A stretch of 64,000 nt of DNA from Camelus dromedarius (GCF_036321535.1 NC_087437.1:103790001-103854000), one strand, 5' to 3'. Positions 40,159 through 53,370 are shown, counted from the stretch's first letter. Notes: generated by a model from the sequence alone, not told the origin. Translations and numbers: made by a program.

Positions 40159-43100
40159 GGGGGGCAGGGATCAAAAGGGCTACATGGGTGGAGCCCTTGC
40201 CCTGGGGAGTGAGCAGACTGAGCCACAAACTGGGCGTCCAGGCCTGGGCTCCTGCTCAGAAGAAATAAACCTCACCTGATGGGAAGCCCACTGGGGCAGA
40301 CAGAAGAGCTAGAGAAGTCTAGATTCCACATATGAGAACACACTTGCACACACTGGCCTGCCAACAATCAAGGCAGAAAGCACCTTGCACTGGCGACTGT
40401 CAGCTCACCACACTTCTCAATCCAAAGGGGCATACACACTGCCCTCACTCACTCCACACCACAGCCTGGTGCCAGTTCTGGGAGATTTGGTCTAGCTGTG
40501 CAGAGACAGACCAGGGCACCTGGGGTGTGATCCAGGTGGAGTCTCGGAGGTCACGGTCAGCATGCTCAGGGAGCAGTGCCACAAGAGCTTGAGCGGCTAA
40601 GTGCTGAATCTCAGGCACGCAGGCACTGAGAAAGGAGTCTTCTAGCCAAGCAGGGAAAGCCTGGAGGGCCTGGAGTGTGGTCCAAGGCCATTGACATTGA
40701 GCTCAGGAGTTCCTCTCCCAGCAAGAACACCCTGGCTGCAACCACTCCACACCACAGCTTAGCACTAGATCTGGAGCAGACAGGTTCTGGGAGAAGACAG
40801 TGACAGAGGCAGCTCAGATGTCAGGCAGTGGCACAGCCACCTCAAATCCTGAGCCACAATGTCCCAACCCCTAGCCCCAGCCCACTCCACACCACAGTGT
40901 TGCACTGGATTTAGGGTGCAATCTTGGGCTGCTTCTGAGCAGAACAACAGATGCCTATGCAGGAGGTGAATAGGTCCTCTGTGACCACATGGGTGTCATT
41001 TGTGTCAGCAGTCCTCCTTTGGGGCAGGGCACAGCACTCAGGGGCAATGGAGCCTGATCAAACCTGACCCTCATAGAGTCTAATCCAAGGTTAGCTTTTT
41101 TTTTTTTAAAGATGAGCAAAACCAACAAAACCAACCTCTGACCAAGTTCACCAAGAATAAATTAGAGAGGACCCAAATAAAGCCAAAATAAGAAATAAAA
41201 GAGAAGAAATATCAACTGATACCACAGAAATACAAAAAAGCCTAAGAGAATACTATAAGCAGTTATATGCCAACAAACTGGACAGCCTAGAAGAAATGGC
41301 CAAGTTTCTAGAAACATATAGCCTACCAAAACTGAAGAAGAAGAAAGCCTACCAAAACTTCAAGAAGAAACATAATTTGAATAGACTGATCACTAGAAGT
41401 GAGATAGAATTTCTTATAAAAATACTCCCTGCTGGATGGCTTCATTGGGAATTCTACCAAATATACAAAGAAAAGTTTATACCTTTCCTTCTCATTCTAT
41501 TCCAAAAAACTGAAGAGAAGGGAATGCTCCCAAATTCATCCTATGAGGCCATCATCAGCCTGACACTAAAACCAGACACAGGTACTACCAAAAATACATA
41601 TATATATATATGTACAGTCCAGTATCTTTGATAAGTATAAATGCAAAACTCCTCAACAAAATGTTAGCAAACCAAATCCAACAATACATAAAAAGGATCA
41701 CATGCTAAAATCAAGTTGGATTCATTCCAGAGTCACAAAAATGGTTCAACATACGCAAATCAAACAATGTGATATATACATTAACAAAAGGAAAGACAAG
41801 AACCACAGGATCAAATCAATACACACAAAAAAGCATTTGACAAAATTCAACATCCACTCATGATAAAAACCTTTGCCAATGTGGCTATAGAGGGAACATG
41901 TCTCAACATAATAAAAGCCATTTATAATAAAACCGTAGCCAGTGCACTACTGGGTGAAAGTTTCCCCACAAAATTTAGGAACACGATAAGGATTCTCACC
42001 CTCACCTCTTCTATTCAACATAGTATTGAAAGTCTTAGCCACAGCAATCAGATAAGAAAAAGAGATAAAAGCTATGTAAATTGGAAGGGAAGAGGTGAAA
42101 TGGTCACTATTTGCAGATGACATGATACTCTATATAGAGAATCCAAAGTCTCTATGCAAGAACTATTAGAACTAATAAATGAATTCAACAAGGTAGCAGG
42201 ATACAAGATTAATCTACAGAAATCTGTTGCATTTCATTCCAATGAAATATTGGAAAGGGAAAGTAAAAGACAATTCTGTTTAAAGTTACATCAAAAAATA
42301 AAATAAAATAAAACAAAATAAAATGAAATAAAATACCTAGAAATAAACTTAACCAAAGAAGTGAAAAACCTATACACTGAAAACTATAAAATATTGATAA
42401 AGAAACTGAAGATGATTCAAATAAATGGAAAGATATCCCATGCTTCTGAATTGGAAAAAACTGTTAAAAATGTTCATACTATCCAGAGTGATCTATGTAT
42501 TTAACACACTCTTTATGAAAATATCCATAGTAGTTTTCACAGAACTGGAACAAATAATCCCACAATTTATATGGAGCCACAAAAGACCCAGAATTGCCAG
42601 AGCAGTTCTAAGGAAAAAGAGCAAAAGTGGAGGTATAACCTTTCCAGACTTTAGACTATACCACAGTAATCAAAACAGCATGGTATTGACACAAAAACAA
42701 ACTTACAGACCAATGCAACAGAATAGAGAGCACAGAAGTAAATCCATGGTCTTATGGCCAACTAGTCTATGACAACAGAGGCAAGAATATACAATGGAGA
42801 AAAGAGAGCCTTTCAACAAGTTATGTTTGGAAAGCTGGAGAGCCACATGTAAATCAATGAAATTAGAGCACTCCATCACACCATACACACAAATAAGCTC
42901 AAAATGGTTTAAAGACATAAATGTAAGACACGAAAACAAAAACCTCCTAGAAGAAAACATGGGCAAAATATTCTTTGACATAAATTGCAGTGATATTTCC
43001 TTGTATCAGTCTCCTAAGGCAAGAGAAATAAAAGCAAAAATAAACAAATGAGATTTAACAAAACTTGAAAGATTTTGCACAGCAAAGGAAACCATCAAAA

Positions 43101-44525
43101 AACCCCAAAAAGACAACCTACAGAATTGGAGGAAACATTTGCAAACAATGGAACTGACAAGAGATTAATATACAAAATATACAAACAGCTCATACAACCC
43201 AATATCGAAAAAACAACCAATCCAAAAATGGGCAGAAGACCTAAATAGACATTTTTCCAAAGAAGACATCCAGATGGCACAGAAGCACATGAAAAGATGT
43301 TCAGTGTTGCTAATCATCAGGGAGATGCAAATCAAAACCACAATGAGGTATTACCTCACACTGGTCAGAATGGCTATCATCAAAAAGTCCACAAATAATA
43401 CATTGTGGAGAGGATGTGGAGAAAAGGGACCCGTAGTACAATATCGGTGGGAATATAAACTGGTGCAGCCACTATGGAAAACAGTATGGAAGTTCATTAA
43501 AAAACTAAAAATAGAGCTACCATAGCGTAGTCCCCCAACTGTGTAAACAAAGGAATGGGCCTTGGGCTGGAATGGTAAACAAGTTATAAAAGGCTGCAGA
43601 CTCAGAGGTGAGAAGGCTGGTTAGCCAAGGACGGGTAAGATCCCCAGAGGGGGGCAACCTAAGACAGGCACAGCCACCTGAGTCCAAGAAGAATCTTGCT
43701 CAGCAGCTGTTTCTCATACGTTCCACCCTAATAAGCTGTAAGGCTCGCTGGTGCCAAGATGAACACGATTTACCAAAACATCAAGGGTCTTATGACCTTG
43801 AGCCAGATACTGTCTGTTAACCATTTCCCTTATTATCATTCTTCTTTGCTATATAAGACTGTGTAACTTAATAAAGCTTTAGAGTAGCCATCAGCTCTCT
43901 CCTCACACGGTGTGTATGTGTACATTGATATTGTGACACCAACACATAGGATCCAGCAATTCCACTCCTGGGTATATATCCAGAAAGAACAGAGACTCTA
44001 ATTTGAAAAGATACACACACCCTAATAGCAACACTATTTACAACAGCCAAGTCATGGAAACAACCCAAGTGCCCATCAACAGATGATCAGCTTAAGAAGA
44101 TGGGAGTATATACATACAAAGGTCTATTTCTCAGCCATAAAAAAGAATGAAATATTGCCATTTGCAGCAACATGGATGGTCCCAGATAATATTATACTTA
44201 GTGATGTAAGTCAGACAAACACTATATGATATCACTTATATGCAGAATCTAAAAAATAATACGAATGAATCTATACAAAAGAGAAACAGATTCACAGACA
44301 GAAAACAAACTTATGGTTACTAAAGGGTGGGGAGACAGACAAATTAGGAATATACAAACTGCTGCATATAAAACAGATAAGAAACAAGGATTTACTGTAT
44401 AGCATAGGGAAATATCTTCAATATCTTGTAATAATCTATAATGGAATATAATCAAAAAATTCATGAATCAATATGCTGTACATCTGAAACATAATATAAA
44501 TCAACAACACTTGAATAAAAAAAGA
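40159..44525 (+). mobile_element. LINE-1 with 5'UTR, internal loss of ORF1 and the ORF2 endonuclease region, decayed ORF2, 3'UTR
   Basis: GC-rich 5' block 40159-41089 joins ORF2 at ~41090. ORFs 41296, 42794 and 43274 are ORF2p-like (…[36 protein letters not shown]…). TTTGCAGATGACATG (FADDM) ~42110; AATAAA-polyA ~44514. Degenerate TSD AAGAAT…AATTTT. Confidence 0.9.
43526..43944 (+). mobile_element. Solo LTR (419 bp), probably ERV2/betaretrovirus-like, inserted in L1 ORF2
   Basis: Exact 5-bp TSD CATAG (43521-43525, 43945-43949), termini CG(T)…AACA, TATATAA 43850-43856, AATAAA 43870-43875. Confidence 0.85.
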
Positions 44526-44656
44526 ATTTAATTTTTAATTTTTGGTTACTTTTATACCCAAGCATCATGGATATAAAGAAATTATTTACTTATAATGTAA
44601 AAAGGTCTAAGTTGATAATTTATTTTTGGAATGTGTGAATATATAGTTACATAAAC

Positions 44657-44872
44657 CTGAGGTTAGCAAACTTTTTCTGTAAAATATTAAATAGTAAATA
44701 TTTTAGGTTTTGCGGCCATGTAGTCTCTGTGGTATCTATTCAATTGCCATTTTAGTATGAAAACATCCAAAAATCATGCATAAATAAATGAGCGTGGCTG
44801 TCTTTCAATAAAACTTTTTTTTTAAACATGAGGCAGATAGTTTGGCCCATGGGTTATAGGTTCCTGACCCTT
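44657..44872. mobile_element. MER58A-like hAT-Charlie DNA transposon
   Basis: GGTTAGCAAACTTTTTCTGTAAA…ATAGTAAATATTTTAGG…AATGAGCGTGGCTGT…CAATAAAACTTT…TTTGGCCCATGGG…TGACCC. Confidence 0.85.
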
Positions 44873-45544
44873 AACCTAATACATTATGATAGAAAAATAT
44901 ATTCTAACATTTAGTGAGTTTCTGATGTTAATTTTGTTTCCTTTAAGTTTTAAAATTGGTGAAAATCCTGGGTTGTCTATTCCTATTTTTCATCCTTATT
45001 GTAATGATCATATTGAGTTCCTCACTGGAATATATTTGCTACAATATTCTTTGAAAATACTCAAATATTTTCCTGACTTTGAGTTCAATTTCTCAAGTAC
45101 ATCAGTTCAATCTCAGTAGTGTATCTTGGTAGGTATTTTCTACAAAGTTTCTGTATAAAATATTCTCTACAGAGTTATTTGAATGATTTGCTTCTCTGGA
45201 AAGTCTGTAAAATTCCATGGTTATGTGGCTCTCTTTCTCTCCAAACTATGAATTCCTCTATATTTGAATCATTTTTCTATGTACGTGGATCAAGCGTTGA
45301 CAAACAGTTAACAAGGAAAGAAAGAAGAAAGAGAGAAAGAAAGAAAAAAAAATAGGAAAGGGAGGAGAGTGGGTGGGAGTGAGGAAATAAAGGATAAACA
45401 AGTCTTATTTTGTTTGTTTGACAGAAAGAATGGCTTCTTAAATGAAAACTAAGATGAAAATATTTGGTATTTATTGTTTTACTGAGAGTTCACGTAAGAC
45501 TCAAAGTAAGTCGCAGTTAATACGTTAAATGAACACTTGCTTAG

Positions 45545-46230
45545 CTGATTACGTTCTTGCTCCCAGTTACTGACTGCCCTCCCTGTAATGGAATATAAAC
45601 CTCTCCACTCCATTTCATGTGACCTGCATGAAATCTCCATGGCAGGAACTTAGCCTCCTACCTCTCTGACATCAAGTCTGAGCTCCTGACTTGCCTTGAC
45701 CAATGAAATGTTAGAACAATGGATGTGTATTACTCTGAAAGAGACTTTAAAATCCTTGTAATCCATTGTTTTATCCACTTCTCCAGAGTAACAGCATGGC
45801 ATAATTTTGGGCTCTTATTTTGGTTTAAGTTCTTGAATAAAGATGATACATGGAACAGAATTGAGCAGGGAAAAGCAGAGTTGAAATGTAACATGAGAGA
45901 GAAATAAATCACTTGTAAACCGCTGAGATTTTGAAGTTATTTGTTACTGCAATAAAACCTGATAAGAGTTTAAATGTATGAAGATTGTATTAAGGAATGG
46001 GGTGTTACAATCATTGCAACCTAACACAAGTAACACTGTCTTCAGGGCCAGGCAGCAAGCAGATAGTAAGAAAATTGTTAGTGGAGACAGGACATAGGGA
46101 ATCACACTAGGCACAAGTCCAAAACATTAGATAAAATTTTTGTGGCACCTAGAGTCATAGACTACAAACAAATGAACTTGCAGTTTATTAAAGAGATTTG
46201 GGAACAGATTGTTCCAAGCATACCTTAGCG
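45545..46230 (+). mobile_element. MaLR LTR (MLT1H/I-like) with adjoining internal fragment
   Basis: GACTTGCCTTGACCAATGAAATG, ATGTAACATGAGAGAGAAATAAA, GCTGAGATTTTG…TTGTTACTGCA, then GGAATGGGGTGTT (MLT-int start). Confidence 0.7.
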
Positions 46231-46739
46231 TTTATCCCTGACCATTTTTGTTTTTCTATCTATAGTATCAATTCTACCTAACCCATCTAATCTCAATTGT
46301 TGGAGATTATTAAAATTTTGAGTTTGCCTTCCAAGGCTTACTGTACTTTCTTTACCAAGGTGATTTTATTATTTCCTATGAAATCAAGTGCTACTTAAGT
46401 ATCAAACATTTTTCAAATGTGTACCTTCAAATTACATGTCTCTTCTAGGATCAAAACAAATATATTCACCTTTCTTATTTAAACTACTAGGTGGATGATC
46501 TAAATGCTTCTAAAACTGAACAGAGACAGAGAAATGCAAGCAGCAGAATTCTGGATTTTCCACAACTCCCAGACTCCTCCTCCTGAAAGAATGACTCGCT
46601 GTTTTACAACTACCTACTTAGTAAATCTCCCCAGACAGGTGGGAAATTTACCCCAACATTTTTTATTACCTCCCTCACCCTCACTTCCCACTTCCACTCC
46701 AGAGATAAACTATTATACCTTCTAAGTCAATTCCTAAGT

Positions 46740-47330
46740 CACTCTTCATTATCACTGCTGTCAGATTAGCTCCAGCCGTCTGAACAGTTTAGATGCTTTT
46801 TAACAGATATCTGTGTATTTGTTCTTAACTTTTTTAAAGGCATTCTCAACTAAGCAACCAGAATTATCTTAAAAATGCAAAGTTGATAATTAGGTTACTA
46901 TTATAAACATGTCTATGGCTGCCTGCTGCTTTAAGGAGAAAACTAAAACCCTGACAGCCAGCCCAGAACTCATGTTACTCTTACTTTCATCACATACGCT
47001 CAAATATTCTTCTCGTGGTTCAGCTCCTCATCAGCAGCACGCTTCATCTCTCCTAGACCTTACACTTATCCTTCCCTCTTCCTGCTTCCTTTTCTTATTG
47101 CTCTTTATTATTCTAACTCTGGCTTAAGTATCCTTTCTTCAGGGTATCCATCACTGTCCTTGAAGTCTAGATTATACATCTTTGTATGTCCCATAACAGC
47201 TATCAAAATGTAGTTATGCTTCTCATTTGCATAATTATTTGTTTAATATTCCACAGTTTCACTCCTGACACAGAACTTAGCACATGGAAAACACTGAGTA
47301 AATATGGGTTAAATGAAGAGATGAATATAA
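46740..47330 (+). mobile_element. L2 LINE 3' relic
   Basis: Ends ACAGAACTTAGCACATGGAAAACACTGAGTAAATATGGGTTAAATGAA…ATGAAT, an L2 tail. Confidence 0.55.
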
Positions 47331-48360
47331 AGACAGTTCAGAATTGTGATGACTGTCACTTTTTTTTTTTGAGCTTTTGAGTTTCTTTTATCAGATTAGT
47401 TCTTTTTATTGCTTTCATGACTGTTTGACAGCAGCCTATGTTTTAAATGTGGCCACTAAAACAGCACAGTGCCTGAAGTAACTTAAAAAAAAATGTGAAT
47501 TCTTCATGTTATTGTGACTTTTTTAAAGGATGACTTCTTAAGAGTATATCTTTCTTCCTCATTACCTCTTTAAATAATGTTTAGAAGTAAAATATCAGAA
47601 AATCTAACTGACTGCAACTTAGAGTGATGCCAAACTTGAAATATAGAAGTATTTTAAACCGAGAAATTATTAAGTATACTGACAACGAGGACTATTTTAA
47701 CAGAATCCATGGGTCAATTAAATTTTGAATCATAACAAAAGACAACTAAAATACTTGGCTAAAAATATCTTTTCCCATGAAGACTGGGAAGGTGCATGTC
47801 AGAATGATGAAATTTCCCCATCAGTTTCCTTTCATTACGTTTCTTTTAGGATATGAAACTGGATACTTAACTTGCAATTTAAGTATTTTTTCTTGTATCA
47901 CAACCCATGATAAATACATCAGCAATGTCAGAGTCTCATGCTTTATGTGTTAATTTCAAATTGGATAATTATTAGTCTGATTATATAAATAAAATCATTA
48001 CGCTGCTTTGTTATTTCCTGAAATTCATACCTTTGGGATTTAAACAGTTAAAACTACAATTGATGAATAATTTATTGTAAACTTTTAAGAAAATCTTTTA
48101 TCTCAGTGTTTGACTCTGAAGTAAGTAGCGATAATATCATAATATAAATATAATAAGAACAACATAGTACACATTTTTAACTCCTTAAAATACTTCTAAT
48201 GGAGGTAGTAGTGGAAGGGTTGTTGAACAATTGAACCACAAAAGGCATTGTTAACAAAAAATGTTCTTGTATTGGGTACTCTCATGAAGGTAGGGGCAGG
48301 AGCTAAAGTTTGAGAATAAGAAAATGAGAGCAAGTATTAAAGTAAACGTTTGAAAATGCT

Positions 48361-48967
48361 TGTGATGGTTAATTGTATGTGTCAAATTGACTGCATCACA
48401 GGGTCCCCATGTATTTGGCTAAACAGTGTTTCTGGGTGTGTCTGTGAGTTTGTTTCTAGGTAAGAATGGCACTTGAATCAGCAGACCGACGAAAGCAGGT
48501 TGCCCTCCCCAGTGTGGATAAACATTATCCAATCCACTGAGAGCCTGAATAGAAGAAAAAGGCAGAAGAATAAAGAATTTTTCTCTCTTTGCCTGATTGC
48601 ACGAGGCAGGATACTGATCCTTGTCCTTGGACTGGGACACAACTGGTGCTCTTAGTTCTCAAGTCCTCAGACTCAGCCTGGAATTTACACCATTAACTCT
48701 CTGGTTCTCGTGCCTTTGAACCTGGTCTAGGACATAGACCAGTGGTTCTCTTGGTTCTCAAGCCTTTGGACTAAGACTAGAACTACACCACCAGTCTTCC
48801 TGGGTCTTCAGCTTGCAGACGGCAGGTGGGAACATCTCAGCCTTTATAATCATGTGACCCAATTCCATATATATATATGCATTGCGTATATGTGTATATA
48901 TATTATATATATCATATTTGAATATATCCTATTAGCTCTGTTTCTCTGTAGAACCCTAAATAATATA
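48361..48967 (+). mobile_element. MLT2 (ERVL) solo LTR
   Basis: TGTGATGGTTAAT…GTGTCAA…TTCTGGGTGTGTCTGTGAG…CAGCTTGCAGACGGCAG…TCTGTTTCTCTGTAGAACCCT. 5-bp TSD ATGCT/ATGCA. Confidence 0.92.
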
Positions 48968-49089
48968 ATGCAACTTAAGACAACTAGATCCACTCACAAA
49001 AGTAAAATGTTCCCTGCTAAAATAACATGTGCTTCATTGAAAATGTGTCTTTGCTTAATAGAAATATTATATTCAATCCAAATCTCTAA

Positions 49090-49460
49090 TTAAATTAAGC
49101 ACAACCTATTTTCAATACAGTATGCTAGACAGGGTGGCAATTCAGATTTAAATGCGTATGGCCCCACTTTTCCAGGAAACTGGAATCAAATCACAGGAAG
49201 GTCAATAAAGAATGACTATAAAAGTGAAAAGGACTAAATAGATGTAAAACATATAATATCCAGGGAAGATTAATTATAAGAATAATTCAGTAAAGAAGTA
49301 GTGGTCATGAGGATCATCTTGATTCCTGCACAGAGAGAGAACTTGAGTTAGGCAGGAAAAGTCACAGCTAGGTTAGCCAGGGTGTTGATTGAGTAAGAAT
49401 GTGTAATACTCCAGGAAGTAAGGACAAGGGCAAATTCAGATCAGTAAGAAGATATAGCAT
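49090..49460 (-). mobile_element. L2 relic
   Basis: Degenerate antisense L2 3' motifs (TATGCTAGAC…ATGGCCCCAC…GAGTTAGGCAGG…CCAGGAAG). Confidence 0.35.
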
Positions 49461-51994
49461 GGATATAGAAGGGCAAGCTACCAAGTTTGACTACATATAT
49501 TCGATTTTACATGTACTAAACTATATACTAAAAATCTACTTGTGCCAAGATGTGTTCTTAGCAATCACTACAAGAGATACAGTCTCTGTTCCTATCTGAT
49601 GGGGGTGGAAGTAGAGGATGGGAGAATACTAAATTTAAAAAAAAAACAGATTTCAAAAGCAATAAACAGATAAACAGCACTATTTTGAGAACTAAAATAG
49701 AATTTTTCTGGGTAACTACTATCAATTGGTTGTGCAGGAAATACATAAGATGACAGGTAAAAACATTTTATATATATAAATGTATATATGTGTATATATA
49801 CGTGTCTATCCAACTAGATAGACACATACAAGTATCGGTTTTAGTGCATACAGGTATATGAGCAGAGCATCTAATTAAGTAACTTATTACCTTTGAATTG
49901 GCAGGTCTTGCTTCCTTCTCACTGGGTAATTCTGCAACTGAGAGACTAGCTGAAACCGCCATCAAACAGCAGGTGAGAAGCTAGAAACATGACTACTTAC
50001 TACAAAGGCAATGTTTTTTGGTCTCCTTTACAGTTAGCAATGACCCTGTGATTAAGTAATGGCCAATATAAGCAGAAGTGCCTTGTGAAAGTTTGTGAAA
50101 TTGTCTCCAGAAGATCGTTAATGCACACTCATTGAACCTTTTATTCATCAAGCTTTCTCTCGCCTGCTGCCTAGAAACCCTATCTGACGGCTGGGGCTCT
50201 AGCTGCCAGTTTGGCTTAAGGGTCCCTCTGTAGGTGATACGCAGAACAGTGTTAACAGATCTGCCCTGGGCTGTCCAGTTCAGGAATTTTGTAAGAAAGA
50301 GAATGGCATTTATATTTTGTCTGGCTTTGGGTCTCTTTCTGACAGCTGCGTGTAAATATAGTGACATGCATAGATAAGAAATAATTAGAGAACTATTAAG
50401 GAACCATTATGTGATTATGAATGTCACATTCTGAGAAAGGTTTTTATGTACTTAGAACAATCTGGGGAAAATATTAAGTGATTTGTGTAAATTCAATGAA
50501 TGATAACAAATAAACTGGCAATTACTCACTATTCCTACCACATTATACTATGAATGGGAATCATTTGGGACTGGTTCCTATTTTGATGTAAAGAGTTAAA
50601 AATACAGAGCCATTAAACTCGGGCCCATTTGGGCAGAAGCCAGATGTCCTTTTGACTACCACAATTTTGTAGGATCAGTTTTATCTTAATTCTACCAGGT
50701 ACCTCCCAAGGAAAGTAACTGTGATGACACCTCAGGGACAGTGCATCTGGAATCTATCAGGGAGAACATGCCTCAGAACGTCCACACTGTCTGCACGTGA
50801 CGTTCCACGCGCACGGAGAAGTGCTGGTCTTAAGAAATAGCCCATTTTTGGAAATGATGGGAAAGAGGAAGGCTACGTTATGTTTTAACTTTGTCCAATT
50901 GCCCTGAACAATAGGATCTTTATTTATTGTTTGACACACTGGGAATGAAAAATTCTTCAATTAGTCGCTCACATCCAGATCACTGAAGATGTTAGTAATC
51001 GGTGTACATCCTTGAAGCTACACAGTTTTATTATTTACATTATTTGGACCATCTGAACACACATGAAATAACAAAATAAGTAATTATTAGAACTAATTAG
51101 TTATAGAAAGTATGTTCATGTCTGCAAAAGCAATACAAACTCAATTTGATCTCTCCAAATTACTAAAGTGTTAATTTCACTTGATCAGGAAATATATACG
51201 TATACATCATAAATTCATTTATAATAGACAATTGCAAAACATGAAAATGTGTTTCCACTAATGTAGTTAATTTATACATAACCTATTTCAATATTTAGCA
51301 GAACTATTGCCTTGGGGAGAATTAAATTTGCTTAACACAGAGATTTAGGTGATGGAGGACAGGTAATTTGATGTACAGGAGACCAAATTAAGCACACTAA
51401 TTTATCTGACCTCTCTCCAGCTGGGAAGGATTTACTGTTAAGCTAGAAAAACACAATTTAGTGTTAACTAGAAGAGGCAGTAGAGGTTGAAGCAGAAACC
51501 TGAAGAAAATGCGAAGAAGCTCTGGGTTCACTGTGATTTGTTAAGGCAGAGGAAAGGATTGATTTGTTGTGTTGAAATTTAATTCCTGCATGCAAGGCCA
51601 CCTTCTTATGCATCTCAGCTGGAAGGTTTTTAGCAAGGCCTATTAACTTATAAGCCCTGTGCTTTCCTGCTTCCAGTAGATCTTTCAGTGAGAATTTACA
51701 CTCCACTAAGAGACCTAGCATGAAACTGCTCTATTTATGAAATAGAAAAAGAGAAAAAAATGGGTTAAAATTATTTATAAATAATGGATGACAGAAGATC
51801 ATCAAATTCAAGAAGAGAGACCACAGAAGTACATAAAATATTTAGAGCATACACAATGAAAAGTAAAACATACAGTTTAAAACCATGAGATTCAACACAA
51901 CACTAATAGGTAAAAAAAAATTAAGAACAGAAACAATGGATCAAAAGATAATCAATAAAATAATGCACTGATTGCAATTTCTGTCATTATTAAC

Positions 51995-52285
51995 TTTAAA
52001 ATATATTCATAAATTGGACTACTTCTAACCATCTCTGCTGCCACCAGTGTCTTTTGTCTGGATTATTATGTTAACCCTCCAGTCATTCCTTCCGTATTGA
52101 AAACATCCTCTTTTCTTCAGTCAGTTCCAACTGAATAGCCAGTTGTCCGATTAATCATAGAAAAATCCAGATCTCCTGTCACTCCTCTGCTCAGCATCAC
52201 CCAGCTGCCTGTTAAGTCAATAGAGTAAAATCAAATTCCTTTCAACATTCCACAAGAATCTACAACTTGTGTCCCTGTTACCACT
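51995..52285 (+). mobile_element. L2 fragment
   Basis: CTACTTCTAACCATCTCTGCTGCCACC…CTGGATTATT…TGTCACTCCTCTGCTCA…AGAGTAAAATCAAA. Confidence 0.6.
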
Positions 52286-53054
52286 TTTTGAAATCCAAAA
52301 GTCAAAGTGAACTTTAGCACAAAAACAATAATAGAATTACCACGTATGCACTATTGAACTAAGACTGCCAATTTTAATTTCTACTTCATCAAACTACTGA
52401 AACACAACATTTAATCTCTTTTCACATTCAAATATATTACACCAGTGTAATATATACTAAAAACTTATCCTAATTTGTAGATGAAACATAGTCTGATAAA
52501 TCTAATTCATTGATGTAAGTATATCAAAATGAAAATTACAGGCTACTTGGAGATTTATAAAAATAATCCCATGGTAGATTCTATTAAATGACACAACTTC
52601 TTGAGAAAAAGTCCATAGCTTCAATATAATTATATTTATAAGCTAGAAAGAAATACAACTTTGAAAAGGGATTTATTTCAAGAAATTAAATAATTTAGTG
52701 AGAAGAAATCATAAAAAGAAATTACATAATGAATAAAATGAGCCCTAAAAAATAAAGGTGGGAAACAGAAATTACTGGATTAGATAATAGGAAATTTATA
52801 GATTTAATAATAAATACAAAAAACTACCTTTTAGATGAGCAGTGATAAAGGTAAATCATGACTTAGACCAAACAAAATTAAAATTCAGGCAAAAATCATA
52901 ACCTATAAGGAAATATAAGATAATAATTACTTTCTTTTTTGAAGTAATTGTGAAACCTGGATGAAATGAGCAATTTTCTACAAAAAAAAGTAAATTAAAA
53001 ACTTATCTTCAATGAAAATTTTAAGTCTAAAAGAAATCGTGACAATATTGTTTT

Positions 53055-53370
53055 AGAAATAGTGACTTAAACAATAGTTAGTTTCTCTCTCATGTCACGC
53101 GTCCATCATGAGTAGTCTGAGAACCCTATAATGTCTTATCTTCCCTCAGGACCCAAGACACAATGCAAGCACTTTCTGGGATGCTACTGATCTTTATAAT
53201 GGAAGGAAAGACAAAGTAATGAGCTGCATACTGGCTCTTCAAACTGTCGGTAATACTTTTAACTTTTATTAAAAATTCTTTGGTCAAAACAAGTTAAATG
53301 GCCACATCTAATTTTAAGGTGGTAGGGAAGAACAGTGGAAAATATTTGATGGTTCTGATGGTTGCTATAA
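53055..53370 (-). mobile_element. Old MaLR LTR (MLT1J/K-like)
   Basis: AGTGACTTAAACAA…TTTCTCTCTCATGT…TTGGTCAAAACAAGTTAAATGGCCACATCTAA. Confidence 0.55.

Noticed and set aside
41296..44464. ORFs with reverse-transcriptase-protein-like sequence
   Set aside because: Frameshifted L1 ORF2 fragments, also interrupted by an LTR; no intact RT.
48640..48800. Repeated GGTTCTC…GCCTTTG…ACT units resembling an array
   Set aside because: Normal internal repeats of MLT2 LTRs; not CRISPR-like.
49993..50367. 124-aa minus-strand ORF in unique DNA
   Set aside because: No recognisable homology or promoter context; the length is attainable by chance. Kept only as a possible non-coding element.
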